From an archaeon (GTDB taxonomy: Archaea > Undinarchaeota > Undinarchaeia > Undinarchaeales > JBDRKL01): DNA of 64,000 bases. Both the position numbers and the translations under genes were made by a program. This document shows positions 22,037 to 32,832 of this stretch, piece after piece. Where the stretch lies: assembly GCA_043814055.1 (NCBI GenBank), contig JBDRKL010000012.1, positions 1 through 64,000 of the forward strand, given 5' to 3'. Position 1 is the first letter of the stretch; each line of letters opens with the position of its first letter. The notes beneath the pieces were generated by a model. The model was not told the DNA's origin. It made no database searches and worked only from the letters and a program-made list of their open reading frames with translations.

Positions 22037-23401
22037 CTATTTCCTATACCTAACTTTTATCTCAACGCTTTCAAAGAACTCATACCACTTGTAGAATACA
22101 AAGCCGATTAGGATTAGAATTATGCCGCCTTCAATTACGAAGCGCTGAAGCTGCATTATTAGGAACAGGCACATGAATATTCCAAGCAGGGCAGTGACTG
22201 GAAACCTGCCGATGTTAAGCGGAGCTCTGAACTTGCCCTGATAATGGTGCGACTTGTACCTGAGCACGATGAGCGAGAGGTTCACCAAGATAAAAGTCAC
22301 GAAGATTGTGAAGTTCGTGAGCTCTGCGATTAAGTTTAGGTCACCACCGAGCATGAAGAGGATTGAAATTATGAGTATACAGAGTATCGCAACCCAAGGA
22401 GTCCTGTGCTTGTTGTGAATTCTTGAAAGAACTGAAGGGAGTGAGCGGGCGTGACTCATTCCATAAGCGATTCGGGAAGTTGAGAGAAGGGTTATGAGAA
22501 CTGTGTTCGCGGTTGAGATTAATGCAACGATGCCGAGAACCAGAAATGCTTTGGTGCCAAGCACAGATGCCGCGACATCAGCAAGCGGAGCTTTTGATGC
22601 TGCCAGATTTTCCCAGCCCATAACGCTCACGGCAGAGATTCCTACAAAAATATAGAGGATTGTTGTAATTGCAATTGAGAGTAACAATGCCTGAGGAATT
22701 ACTTTTTCAGGATTCTTGGTTTCCTCAGAAAGTTTTACAACGCTTTCAAAGCCGATGAATGCGAAGAAAATCAATGCCGCGGCGCTGAACACGCCGGGAA
22801 AGCCGTTCGGCATTTCAGTGTAGCTCACAGAGCCGATTGAGGTGAGAGCGAGCACGATGATTGCAATAAGACCGCCGACTTCTATGATTGTGAAAATAAC
22901 GTTGAGGTTTGCGGATTGTCTAACCCCAATGAAATTGACATATGACAAAATTGCGAGCATTGCAATTGCTGGTGCAAGAACCGGAGTTCCAAACAGGGCA
23001 GAGAAATAACTGCCGAACCCAATTGCAACCACTGCCGCAGAGATTATTCCTGCGCTTAAAATCAACCAGCCGACCAAGTGCGCGAGCTTTTTTCCGAACG
23101 CGTGTTCTGCGTAAACATACTCGCCCGCGTCTTTTGGGAAAATTGAGGAAAGTTCAGCGTAACTAAAAGCTGTGAATAATGCAACCACGGATGCGATAAG
23201 GAATGAGAGCCAGACTGAGTTGCCTGCGAGTCCGGCTGCTGAGCCGATGAGAACGTAAATTCCAGCGCCTGAAATTATGCCAACCCCACAAGAGGTGGCT
23301 TGGAGCAAACCAAGGTCACGACGCAGCGTGATTTCTTTATGCTCACGCTTCCGCTTGTGGTGATGTTCTGGATGCGTTCTGATTCGTTTTGGGTGTGTCA
23401 T
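22037..23401 (-). CDS. APC-family amino acid permease
   Basis: LRRDLG, GAGIY, YAELSS.FP..AGEY, FFAFIGFE, EETKNP. Confidence 0.92.
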   Translation of the reverse strand: MTHPKRIRTHPEHHHKRKREHKEITLRRDLGLLQATSCGVGIISGAGIYVLIGSAAGLAGNSVWLSFLIASVVALFTAFSYAELSSIFPKDAGEYVYAEHAFGKKLAHLVGWLILSAGIISAAVVAIGFGSYFSALFGTPVLAPAIAMLAILSYVNFIGVRQSANLNVIFTIIEVGGLIAIIVLALTSIGSVSYTEMPNGFPGVFSAAALIFFAFIGFESVVKLSEETKNPEKVIPQALLLSIAITTILYIFVGISAVSVMGWENLAASKAPLADVAASVLGTKAFLVLGIVALISTANTVLITLLSTSRIAYGMSHARSLPSVLSRIHNKHRTPWVAILCILIISILFMLGGDLNLIAELTNFTIFVTFILVNLSLIVLRYKSHHYQGKFRAPLNIGRFPVTALLGIFMCLFLIMQLQRFVIEGGIILILIGFVFYKWYEFFESVEIKVRYRK

Positions 23402-23514
23402 TGATTAGAGTGTCATAGGCAGTTCTATTTAAGCATTTTGAAGTCTGCAGTCCGCAAACAGATAATATATTATATTCGTTTTGGTTTATTGTAGCATCGC
23501 CTTAAGGCAGAAAA

Positions 23515-26202
23515 ATGGCTGAATATTATAGTTTAAGCGCATCAGAAGCAATCAAAACCCTGAAGAGCTCTGGGAAAGGTCTGACCAGCCAAGAGGCTAG
23601 AAAGCGGCTGGAAGAGTTTGGACCAAATGAGCTGAAAAAAGAGACTGGGGCAACTGTTTTGCACATTTTTTTGAACCAGTTCACAAACGCGCTTATTTTA
23701 TTGCTAGTATTTGCAGGCGTTCTGTCCCTGGCCTTGGGGGAGATGATAGAGGCAGTGGCAATTTTTATAATAATACTGCTCAACGCAGTTCTTGGGTTTT
23801 TTCAGGAGTACAGGGCGGAAAAATCAATTGAGACCCTTGAAAGGATGTCAGCCCCCACGGCAAGGGTTCTGCGCGACGGGAAAGAGCAGAAAATTCCGGC
23901 AAGGGAAGTCGTGCCAGGGGACATTCTTTTGCTTGAGGCAGGGGACATTGTTTCAGCGGAAACGCGGCTCGTGGAGGTTTCAAGCCTGCAGATAGACGAG
24001 GCGTCGCTGACCGGGGAATCCGTACCATCAGCCAAAACCACGGAGCAGTTTGGGCCTGGCACTTCAGTGGCTGATCAGGAGAACATCGCCTTTATGGGAA
24101 CCACAGTAACGTATGGGAAGGGGAAAGGCATTGTAATCAGCACGGGCATGAAAACAGAGTTCGGAAAAATTGCCGCTTCCCTGCAGGAAACAAAAGAAAC
24201 TGAAACCCCGCTGCAGAGGAAATTTTCAGAGCTCGCTAGGCAGATAGGCATCATAACAATCGTCCTTATTGCAATAGTTTTTGTCTCCGGCACAATCCAG
24301 GGGACTTTGTCAGTTGCAAAAATGCTTTTGCTGGCTCTGGTGCTCACCGTGTCCACAATTCCAAATTCATTGCCTCTGGTTGTTACTGTCGGGCTGTCAA
24401 TGGGGACAAACCGGCTGGCAAAGAAGAACATGCTCGTCAAGAAGCTTTCCGCAGCGGAAAGCCTAGGCGCGGCAACCATTATTTGCAGCGACAAGACCGG
24501 GACTATAACGAAAAACCAGATGACCATAACGGAAATGTTTTACAGCGACCAACGAATCAAGGTGAGCGGGGCCGGCTATGAGCCAGAAGGTAGTTTTTAC
24601 GCCAGAGGCAAAAGGATTGACCCTGAGCAGCTTGAACTGCCCCTGCGCATAGGCTGCTTGTGCAACAATGCAAAGCTGGTTGAAAAAAGCGGCGAGTGGG
24701 GGATTCTCGGTGACCCGACCGAGGGCGCCTTGGCAGTCCTTGGAAAAAAGGGAGGGCTTGAAGAGGATGAATTGCTCCGCAATTTCTCTTTTGTTACAGA
24801 GCTGCCATTTGACTCGGACAGGAAAAAAATGTCCGTCATATTTAAAAATGAGGTCAGCAAGAAGACAGAGGTCTATGTTAAAGGAGCCCCTGACCTTCTT
24901 CTGGATTCGTGCAGCAGGATAATTGAGAACGGCAAAGTGAGGAAACTCACAAAGAGGGACAGGGAAAAAATTCTTGAGACGAACGATTCTTTTGCAGGAA
25001 GAGCGCTGCGGGTTCTTGCCCTTGCATACAGGGAGCTTCCAGCGTCCAGTAAGTACAGCATTGAAAGCGTGGAAAAGGACCTAATATTCGCCGGGCTTGT
25101 AGGCATGATTGACCCGCCGAGAGATGGGGTCAGGCAGGCGGTTAAGGAGTGCTGGGAGGCGGGGATAAAAGTTATGGTGATAACAGGGGACCATGCCCTA
25201 ACGACCAAGGCAGTGGCCCAAAAAATCGGATTGTTCAGGCGCGGGGACATTGTGCTCACAGGGGACGAAGTTGAAAAAATGAGCGATGCCGAGCTTGAGG
25301 GAAAGATTGAAAAAGTCAGGATTATTGCCAGAGCCCTGCCCATCCAGAAATTAAGAATTGTTGACATCCTGCAAAAGGGTGGGCACATTGTGGCAATGAC
25401 AGGTGACGGGGTGAACGACGCGCCCGCCCTGAAGAAGGCCGACATTGGGATATCAATGGGCATCACTGGCACTGACGTGGCCAAGGAAGTTTCAAAAGCG
25501 ATCCTTGTGGACGATAATTTTGCCACAATAGTGAACGCCATTGCAGAGGGGAGGAACATCTACAACACTTTAATCCGGTCTGCCAGGTTCTTCCTTTCAT
25601 GCAACACAGGGGAGATAACTGCGGTGTTTGTTGCGATAATGCTTGCATTTCCGCTCCCCCTGCTGCCGCTGCAGATTCTGCTCATGAACATGCTTACTGA
25701 CAATTTCCCGGCTCTAGGTCTTGGGTTTGAGCCGAGAGAGGAGGGGATTATGAAACGGAAGCCAAGGGACCCAAAAGAGAAGCCGATTACGAGGAGAGTA
25801 TTCCTGTCAATAATTATCTTTGGATTAATAATGGGGCTGGGAACTTTGTTCATGTTCGTGCAATACGTAGACATTCACCTGGGCAAAGCACAGACAGTGG
25901 CGTTCACAACGCTTGTAATGTTCCAGATGTTTGCCGTAATGAGTAGCAGGACGCTGTACCCCTCAAGAAAGCACCTTAATCCTCTCTCAAACATGTGGCT
26001 GTTCAGCGCGGTTTGCCTGTCGCTAGTCATACAACTGGCGGTTATTTACTGGTCTCCGCTGCAGTTAATCTTCGGAACCGTCCCTCTGCTTGGGGTTGAC
26101 TGGCTCAAAATCATCGGCATCTCAAGCATGGGATTCGTGATGATGGAGATAAGCAAGCTTTTTGTTGGGGAGAGCAAGCCTCAGGCGGTTTGCCTCGTGT
26201 AG
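23515..26202 (+). CDS. P-type (IIA-like) cation-transporting ATPase
   Basis: TGES, DKTGT, KGAP, DPPR, TGD, GDGVND. Confidence 0.95.
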   Translation: MAEYYSLSASEAIKTLKSSGKGLTSQEARKRLEEFGPNELKKETGATVLHIFLNQFTNALILLLVFAGVLSLALGEMIEAVAIFIIILLNAVLGFFQEYRAEKSIETLERMSAPTARVLRDGKEQKIPAREVVPGDILLLEAGDIVSAETRLVEVSSLQIDEASLTGESVPSAKTTEQFGPGTSVADQENIAFMGTTVTYGKGKGIVISTGMKTEFGKIAASLQETKETETPLQRKFSELARQIGIITIVLIAIVFVSGTIQGTLSVAKMLLLALVLTVSTIPNSLPLVVTVGLSMGTNRLAKKNMLVKKLSAAESLGAATIICSDKTGTITKNQMTITEMFYSDQRIKVSGAGYEPEGSFYARGKRIDPEQLELPLRIGCLCNNAKLVEKSGEWGILGDPTEGALAVLGKKGGLEEDELLRNFSFVTELPFDSDRKKMSVIFKNEVSKKTEVYVKGAPDLLLDSCSRIIENGKVRKLTKRDREKILETNDSFAGRALRVLALAYRELPASSKYSIESVEKDLIFAGLVGMIDPPRDGVRQAVKECWEAGIKVMVITGDHALTTKAVAQKIGLFRRGDIVLTGDEVEKMSDAELEGKIEKVRIIARALPIQKLRIVDILQKGGHIVAMTGDGVNDAPALKKADIGISMGITGTDVAKEVSKAILVDDNFATIVNAIAEGRNIYNTLIRSARFFLSCNTGEITAVFVAIMLAFPLPLLPLQILLMNMLTDNFPALGLGFEPREEGIMKRKPRDPKEKPITRRVFLSIIIFGLIMGLGTLFMFVQYVDIHLGKAQTVAFTTLVMFQMFAVMSSRTLYPSRKHLNPLSNMWLFSAVCLSLVIQLAVIYWSPLQLIFGTVPLLGVDWLKIIGISSMGFVMMEISKLFVGESKPQAVCLV

Positions 26203-28103
26203 TTCAGCTTGCCACCAGCCAGGAGGATTTGCATGAACCTTTTGGTCAGGCTATGCCTAACCTTGATTGGCCCGCCGTTGTATTTTATTGTAAACTCTGC
26301 ACTACAGTTCTTCATATGCGCCTTGATGCCCAGGATTTCAATTTTGCCGCCCTGCTTTATTTTGTTGTAGTCAGATTTGTCCGCAAACTCCAGGGGAATT
26401 ATGCCAAAGTTGATTAGGTTGTCCTTGTGGATTCGCGCAAAGGATTTTGCAATCACTGCCTTGACCCCTAAGTACATTGGAGCGAGGGCTGCGTGCTCCC
26501 TTGAGGAGCCCTGACCATAATTTTCTCCGCCGATTATGAAGCCGCCCTTGTTCTTCTTTGCGCGGTTCACAAATTCCGGGTCAACCTGCTCAAATACATA
26601 GTCTGAAATTGCAGGAAGGTTGCTGCGCAGAGGAAGAAGTTTTGCCCCTGCCGGCATTATGTGGTCTGTGGTTATGTCATCACCAACTTTTAGAAGGACT
26701 TTTCCTGTGAGCACTGCAGGGAGCGGGTTCATTTTTGGGAGAGGCTTGATGTTTGGGCCGCGGATTATTTTGATATTTGAATTGGATTTTGGCGGCTTGA
26801 TTATCATTCTGTCATCGATTGTGAATTTTGCAGGCAGTTTTACATCAGGGCACTTGCCGAGCTTTCTCGGGTCTGTGATTTTTCCAGTTAATGCGCAGGC
26901 AACTGCAGTTTCAGGGCTGCACAGGTATGCTTTCGCGCTTTTTGTCCCGCATCGGCCCTCAAAGTTGCGGTTGAAAGTCCTGATTGTAACCGCGTTTGTT
27001 TGCGGTGCCTGGCCCATTCCAATGCAAGGCCCGCAGGCGCACTCCAGAACTCTTGCGCCTGATGCAATTATGTGGGAAAGTTCTCCTGTCTCAGCAAGTT
27101 CATTTAAGACTTGTTTGGAGCCTGGGCTGATTGTGAGTGAAACATCAGGGTGAACTGTTTTTCCTTTGAGCATTGCAGCAACTGTCTTGAGGTCTTTGAG
27201 CGATGAGTTTGTGCAGGAGCCAATGCAGACTTGCTGGACTGGGGTTCCTGCGACTTGGCTGACTTTCACAACATTGCCTGGGCTGTGCGGCTTTGCGATT
27301 AAAGGTTCAAGCTTACTGAGATTTATTTCAATTGTTTCATCGTATTTCACCCCAGAATCTGCGCTCAACGCCTGCCAGTCTTTTGCGCGACCCTGCGCAG
27401 TAAGGAATTTCTTTGTAATATTGTCTGAGGGGAAGATTGATGTGGTTGCTCCGGTCTCGGTGCCCATATTCGTGATTGTGCCGCGCTCAGGAACTGTGAG
27501 CGTTAAGATGCCTGGGCCGTAGTATTCCAATATTTTTCCAACTGCGCCTTTCACCCCGAGTTTTCTGAGCACTTCAAGTATCACATCTTTGGCTGCAACG
27601 CAGTTCGGGAGTTTTCCTGTGAGTTTTACCCCTACAATTTTTGGAACTTTCACGTAGAATTCCCCGCCGCCCATTGCAACTGCAACATCCAAACCTCCAG
27701 CGCCGATTGCGATTGAGCCAACTCCGCCTGCAGTTGGAGTGTGCGAGTCTGAGCCGAGGAGAGTTCTGCCAGGTCTTGCGAAGCGCTCAAGATGGAGCTG
27801 ATGACAGATTCCGTTACCGGCTCTTGAGAGAAGAATTCCATACTTTTCGGCAATGCTCTGCAGGAACTTGTGGTCGTCCGCGTTGCGGAAGTCGCTCTGG
27901 AGCGTGTTGTGGTCAATGTAAGAAACCGAGAGCTCGGTCTTGACTTTCTTGACACCCATTGCCTCAAATTGGAGGTAGGCCATTGTGCCTGTTGCGTCCT
28001 GGGTGAGCGTTTGGTCTATCCGTATTGCAATCTCGCTGTCCGGCTCCCACTTGCCTTTCACTATGTGCTTTTCAAGGATTTTTTGAGCCAGGGATTTTGC
28101 CAT
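26181..28103 (-). CDS. aconitate hydratase
   Basis: GICHQ, GSDSHT, GSCTNSS, CGPCIG, NRNFEGR, TTDHI, GQGSSREHA. Confidence 0.92.
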   Translation of the reverse strand: MAKSLAQKILEKHIVKGKWEPDSEIAIRIDQTLTQDATGTMAYLQFEAMGVKKVKTELSVSYIDHNTLQSDFRNADDHKFLQSIAEKYGILLSRAGNGICHQLHLERFARPGRTLLGSDSHTPTAGGVGSIAIGAGGLDVAVAMGGGEFYVKVPKIVGVKLTGKLPNCVAAKDVILEVLRKLGVKGAVGKILEYYGPGILTLTVPERGTITNMGTETGATTSIFPSDNITKKFLTAQGRAKDWQALSADSGVKYDETIEINLSKLEPLIAKPHSPGNVVKVSQVAGTPVQQVCIGSCTNSSLKDLKTVAAMLKGKTVHPDVSLTISPGSKQVLNELAETGELSHIIASGARVLECACGPCIGMGQAPQTNAVTIRTFNRNFEGRCGTKSAKAYLCSPETAVACALTGKITDPRKLGKCPDVKLPAKFTIDDRMIIKPPKSNSNIKIIRGPNIKPLPKMNPLPAVLTGKVLLKVGDDITTDHIMPAGAKLLPLRSNLPAISDYVFEQVDPEFVNRAKKNKGGFIIGGENYGQGSSREHAALAPMYLGVKAVIAKSFARIHKDNLINFGIIPLEFADKSDYNKIKQGGKIEILGIKAHMKNCSAEFTIKYNGGPIKVRHSLTKRFMQILLAGGKLNYTRQTA

Positions 28104-28207
28104 GCGTGATGTCCGTAAGATTTATTTATATATGTTAGTATGAAGCGTCAGCTTCATATGTGATGAGGTAAAAAAGTATATAAAGGAGAATTAATACCGC
28201 TATACAT

Positions 28208-28585
28208 ATGACAAAGGAAACGCTTTCAGTGCTGAGCGAGAAAGTCAGGGAAGAGGAAGACCCTGAGGTTTTGCTTAGCGAGATTTTTAAGTTCATAAAC
28301 CTGGAACCGGCGATGATTGCGATTTATTTCAAGCTGCTTCATTCTGAAAAAGCAATGACTGTTACCGATTTGAAGGGCGCGCTGACTTATTCCGAGCGGA
28401 CGATTAGAAAGTATCTCAAGGACATGCTGGACACCGGGTACATCAAGCGGACCACTATTGAGGAGGAAAGACCGTGCTATGCGTACTTTGCGGTTTCCCC
28501 GAAGAAGGTTTGGCAGAAACTAGTAAGTGAAGTTAGAAAGGTGAGGAAAAGAGCTACAAAGGCATTTGGGAAATATAACGGTTAA
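28208..28585 (+). CDS. HTH (TrmB-like) transcriptional regulator
   Basis: wHTH pattern SERTIRKYLK.M...GYI...Y.Y.AV.P; divergent from aconitase. Confidence 0.75.
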   Translation: MTKETLSVLSEKVREEEDPEVLLSEIFKFINLEPAMIAIYFKLLHSEKAMTVTDLKGALTYSERTIRKYLKDMLDTGYIKRTTIEEERPCYAYFAVSPKKVWQKLVSEVRKVRKRATKAFGKYNG

Positions 28586-29778
28586 GCCTGGTATTTCTTA
28601 AACTTCTGCTCAAGTTTTGGGTCCTGCAAAGTGTTCATCACGTACTCTGCGAATTTTGCGCCTGTTGCTCCGGACTTGTGCCCGGTTACCTTGAGTTTTT
28701 TCTCATACTGCTCACAGATGTCAAGAGCCATGTCAAGTTTTTTGGATTTTTCCCCAAAGCCGATGTGGTTTAATAGCATTGCAGTTGCTTTCATCATGCT
28801 TGATGGGTCTGCGTATTCGCCGCGGCCTTCCTCAACCATTCGCGGAGCGGTTCCGTGGATTGCCTCAAACATCGCGTACTGCTTTCCAATGTTCGCGCTG
28901 CCAGCGCTCCCGACCCCGCCCTGAATTTGCGCTGCCTCGTCCGTGATTATGTCGCCGTAAAGATTTGGAAGCACTACAACTTTGAATTCTTTCTGCCGCG
29001 CCGGGTCTATGAGCTTCGCAGTCATTATGTCTATGAACCAGTCGTCCCATTTTACCATAGGATAGTTCTTCGCGATGCGCTCTGCAGTGTCAAGGAACTT
29101 GCCGTCAGTTGCCTTGACCACGTTGGCTTTTGTCACAACGCTTACCTTGTTAATTTTATTTTTCTTTGCGTACTCAAATGCGAGCTTGATTATGCGCTCC
29201 GAGCCCTGGGTTGTGATTACCTTGAAGTCAATTGCAAGGTCCTTTGTTACATTGATTCCTTTGCTGCCGAGTATGTAAGCGCCTTCTGTGTTTTCCCTGA
29301 AGAATATCCAGTCAATTCCCTTGTCCGGAACGCTGATTGGCCGCACATTCGCGAACAGGTCAAGCTCGCGGCGCATTGCCACGTTCGCGCTTTCAATGTT
29401 CGGCCACTTGTCGCCCTTCTTTGGCGTGAGTGTTGGGCCTTTGAGAATGATGTGGCAGGCTTTGAGCTGCTTGAGCACGTCGTCCGGGATTGCCTTTTTG
29501 GCTTTTGCGCGGTTTTCAATTGTGAGCCCGGTTATCTCGCGGATTTCAATCTTGCCGCTCTTTATTTCATCCGCGAGCAGGAATTCAAGAATTGTTCGCG
29601 CTGGCTTGCAGATGTACGGGCCGATTCCGTCTCCGCCTGCTATGCCGATTATGATTGGGTTAAGCTTGCTGTAGTCTGTCCACTTCTGCCCCTTCTTGAG
29701 CTTGTCAACTCGAGCGAGCTGTTCTTCAAGAACTTTTCCAAAATGGTTCTTCGCTTTTGTGATTGCTTGTTTATTCAT
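28582..29778 (-). CDS. isocitrate/isopropylmalate dehydrogenase family, probably isocitrate dehydrogenase
   Basis: GDGIGP, LKGP, SANVAMR..LDLFANVRP, RENTEG, PNLYGDI, FEAIHG; located in the acl-acn cluster. Confidence 0.88.
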   Translation of the reverse strand: MNKQAITKAKNHFGKVLEEQLARVDKLKKGQKWTDYSKLNPIIIGIAGGDGIGPYICKPARTILEFLLADEIKSGKIEIREITGLTIENRAKAKKAIPDDVLKQLKACHIILKGPTLTPKKGDKWPNIESANVAMRRELDLFANVRPISVPDKGIDWIFFRENTEGAYILGSKGINVTKDLAIDFKVITTQGSERIIKLAFEYAKKNKINKVSVVTKANVVKATDGKFLDTAERIAKNYPMVKWDDWFIDIMTAKLIDPARQKEFKVVVLPNLYGDIITDEAAQIQGGVGSAGSANIGKQYAMFEAIHGTAPRMVEEGRGEYADPSSMMKATAMLLNHIGFGEKSKKLDMALDICEQYEKKLKVTGHKSGATGAKFAEYVMNTLQDPKLEQKFKKYQA

Positions 29779-31597
29779 CGTGCATGTATGCGACATCGTC
29801 CTGCGGATGCCTGTAAAGTCCTTGCTTGAGCCTGTACTGGTCCAGGATGTGACCGATTATGCCGATGCTCCTCCCAAGCAGGAAGAATGAGTTTAGGACT
29901 CCGGTGTTTACCATTTCATCAATCTCAGCGTCTTTGAACTGACCTGTGCTTTTCATCAGGTCAAGGAATGTTACTCCGATGCAGCCGTCCACGTTCAGGA
30001 TGAGCGTGCCTTTCTTCTGGGTTGTGATTTTTTCAACTGCGAGCGCGTAGTCAAGGTACTCAGTTGACTTGAAGTTCTTCTTTGCGAACTTGACGAGCAC
30101 TGTGACTCGCTTGTCAGGATTTCCTATGCTCTTGATGCGGTGACCGATGCCGGGGATGTATTTGCCCTGCTTTTTCATTTCCTTGACAAAGTCCTCTGGC
30201 TTTGTGCCAGCGTCCTTTGCCTGCTTGAAGAACATTGCGGCGTCGCTGATTGCCCCGCCAAATCTTGGACCAATTGTGAGTATGCCTGAAGCGAGTGATG
30301 ACATAACATCTCTGCCTGCGCGGGCTGCAACTATCGCGTTATGAGCGCCTGAGACGCATGGACCGTGGTCTGCTGTGGTTTTCAAAATCATTTCAATGTA
30401 GTCGTTAGCGTACTTCGGAAGCTTTTTCTTGAACCAGAGCTGGGCGATTGTTTCACCAAGGGTTCCTTTCTCAACGAATTCGCTTATCGGACGGTCTCCG
30501 TAGGTTGCTTCCTCGCCGCGGTCATCAGAAATCGTGCAGATGAAATTTGTCGGCCTTCTTACTTTGCCTTCTTTCACAGCTTTTTTGTAGTCCATTGGAA
30601 CGTTTGGAAGATTTTCAGGGATTGGAATCTCCTTGTACTTATTGCCTGAAACCCGTTCATAAGTCTTGCGTATTTTTTCCCCGAAGTCGTTGAATGAGTT
30701 TGGTACTATTGCTCCGGCTTCTACAAGGGCTTTGTTCTTCGCGTCCGCGGTTTCCTTGTTGCTTCCTGCTTTCGCACCAGCGTGGCCGAACTGGACTTCA
30801 GTCAGGAACATTTTCGCGCAGGTTCCAGTCACCCACATCACCAAGGGCTTCTTGAGCTGTTTCTTTTTGAGTGCTTCCGCAATATCGTACTCCTCAGTTC
30901 CGCCAACTTCGCCAAGGCAGACCATCATTTTCACTTTTGGATTATTTTCATAGCGGAGTAGATGTGAAAGTAAAGTTGAGCCGGGGTATTTGTCCCCGCC
31001 GATTGCCATTCCCTCGTAAACTCCGTCCGAGTTGTGCGAGACAATGTTGAAGAGCTCGTTTATCATTCCGCCGGATTTTGAAACCAAGCCAACTGAGCCC
31101 TGCTGGAATAGGCGGGAGGCGATTATGTTGTCTATTGTTCCGCCTGTGTTCCCAATCTTGAAAGCGCCTGCTGTCATTCCACCGACTGTTGCAGGTCCGA
31201 TTATTACTTTGCCGAGCTTTTTCGCAAGCGCGGCAAGCTCGCGTTCCCTGCGCTCAGGCACTCCTTCTGCAATTACTGCGATTGTCTTGATTTTTTTGTG
31301 CTCAAGGGCTTCCTTGGTGGTTGAGTATGCTGAGCGGAATGAGGCGAAGTTCAGCATCACACTAACGTCAGGGTGCTTTTGCATTGCCTCGTTGATTGTG
31401 CGGTACATTGGAATGAGAATTTCGTTTGGACCGAAGAAATATTTCTGAAGACCGGCGCGGGTTTCGTTCACAATCGCTGCTATGCTTGGTTTTTTTCGTC
31501 CGCAGACATAGTCAAAGTCCAGCATTCTCTGGATTGCGTTTTCGCGGTTGCCGTACATTATTGCTCGGGTGTCTTTTGTGAAGAGTGAGGCGCTCAT
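29771..31597 (-). CDS. aclA: ATP-citrate lyase alpha subunit (CoA-binding, phospho-His and citryl-CoA lyase domains)
   Basis: MLDFDY.C.R..PS, NFASFRSA, GPATVGG, QFGHAGA, ADHGP.VSGAHN, IPGIGHRIKS, LNVDG. Confidence 0.95.
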   Translation of the reverse strand: MSASLFTKDTRAIMYGNRENAIQRMLDFDYVCGRKKPSIAAIVNETRAGLQKYFFGPNEILIPMYRTINEAMQKHPDVSVMLNFASFRSAYSTTKEALEHKKIKTIAVIAEGVPERRERELAALAKKLGKVIIGPATVGGMTAGAFKIGNTGGTIDNIIASRLFQQGSVGLVSKSGGMINELFNIVSHNSDGVYEGMAIGGDKYPGSTLLSHLLRYENNPKVKMMVCLGEVGGTEEYDIAEALKKKQLKKPLVMWVTGTCAKMFLTEVQFGHAGAKAGSNKETADAKNKALVEAGAIVPNSFNDFGEKIRKTYERVSGNKYKEIPIPENLPNVPMDYKKAVKEGKVRRPTNFICTISDDRGEEATYGDRPISEFVEKGTLGETIAQLWFKKKLPKYANDYIEMILKTTADHGPCVSGAHNAIVAARAGRDVMSSLASGILTIGPRFGGAISDAAMFFKQAKDAGTKPEDFVKEMKKQGKYIPGIGHRIKSIGNPDKRVTVLVKFAKKNFKSTEYLDYALAVEKITTQKKGTLILNVDGCIGVTFLDLMKSTGQFKDAEIDEMVNTGVLNSFFLLGRSIGIIGHILDQYRLKQGLYRHPQDDVAYMHDE

Positions 31598-32832
31598 TTA
31601 ACCCCCAGAGCGATTGGAACAACTGCAGTCATGTGAGATTCAGGACCGTGCACTTTAATTGGAATTCCGGTTTCCTTGCCGAGCTTACGCATGTTGTCCA
31701 GGCCTTCCTTGAAGTTCGGCCCTCCGCGGCGCACGTAGATTTTTACTTTATTTTTCTTTAGCTTTGGTGCGTACTCGCGCAGGGCCTGAATTATTCCTGT
31801 GAAAGTTTTTGCAACATCAGTGAAGTTCGCGATGCCTCCGCCTATGATTAGGATTTTGCCGTTGTTTCGCGTCATTAAGTCCAGGATTGTTTTCGCGTAG
31901 TTGTAAGTTTCCTCAGTGCTCGGGTTGCCACTATACTCGCCGTAGTTCGCAAGCTCTTTGCTAAAGCCCAGGTCGCATACTGTGTCTGAGTAAATCACGG
32001 ACGCTCCGCCGCCTGCGACCATTGTCCAGACTTTTCCTTTTGGATTAAGGATTGTTAATTTCAAAGAAGCGCCTGAATCCTCATCAATCTTTTTTATGTA
32101 ATGCTCTTCGCGCGTAAGCTTTCTTCCGAATGGAGCTGGGAATTCCAAATCACCCCAGATTGCTGCATTTTCAAAGAACGCGGTGTCGTCAAGCTTTGCG
32201 ACAAGGTCCAGCGGGACTATGTTTTTGCCTGAGAACACGAACGGGTTGAATTCTATGTATGTGAAGCCGAGTTCTGTGAAAGTTTTGTAAACTGATTTTA
32301 TGAAATTGATTATTTGCTCTCGATTCTTAACTCCGGCTGGGACAAGTTTTTTAAAATCCACATTGCTCAAAGAGCCTAGGATTGGCACTTTCGTGGTTTT
32401 CACATTAGCCCAATTTTCTTCAACGTCAACTCCGCCCTTTGTTGAGAAGTAAATATTATCGCCATCGCGGTCCATCTTCATCGCGAGGTAATACTCTTCG
32501 TCGTGCGGCACAAAAGGTTCAATGAGGAAGTGCGTGAGAACTCCGGTTGTTTTCCCAACCGTGGCTGTGCGGTTCATATTTTTCTTGATGAAGGCGGTTG
32601 CTTGAGCTAGGTTCGCGTTGAGCAGGATGAGTTTGTTCTTGCCGCGCTTTCCGAATAGCTGGTCTGGCTTTACAACAAGCTTGGTCTTTTTGAGCCACTG
32701 GTTCTTTTCGCCGAGCTGACCGAGCTTGGTTTCAGGAGTTACAAGAACGAGCTTGCCTGGGATTGAAGAATTCTTAATGTATTTTGCCAGGAGTAGTTTT
32801 CCGTCGTACTCCCGAATGCCGCGTTCTGCCAT
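31594..32832 (-). CDS. aclB: ATP-citrate lyase beta subunit
   Basis: IREYDGK, VKPDQLFGKRGK, SLKLTILNP.G.VWTMVAGGGASV, GGGIANFT, RRGGPN. Confidence 0.95.
   Translation of the reverse strand: MAERGIREYDGKLLLAKYIKNSSIPGKLVLVTPETKLGQLGEKNQWLKKTKLVVKPDQLFGKRGKNKLILLNANLAQATAFIKKNMNRTATVGKTTGVLTHFLIEPFVPHDEEYYLAMKMDRDGDNIYFSTKGGVDVEENWANVKTTKVPILGSLSNVDFKKLVPAGVKNREQIINFIKSVYKTFTELGFTYIEFNPFVFSGKNIVPLDLVAKLDDTAFFENAAIWGDLEFPAPFGRKLTREEHYIKKIDEDSGASLKLTILNPKGKVWTMVAGGGASVIYSDTVCDLGFSKELANYGEYSGNPSTEETYNYAKTILDLMTRNNGKILIIGGGIANFTDVAKTFTGIIQALREYAPKLKKNKVKIYVRRGGPNFKEGLDNMRKLGKETGIPIKVHGPESHMTAVVPIALGVK

Noticed and set aside
29771-32832. Claim of autotrophic reverse TCA cycle
   Set aside because: The other required enzymes are not visible in this window, and ACL alone is insufficient.
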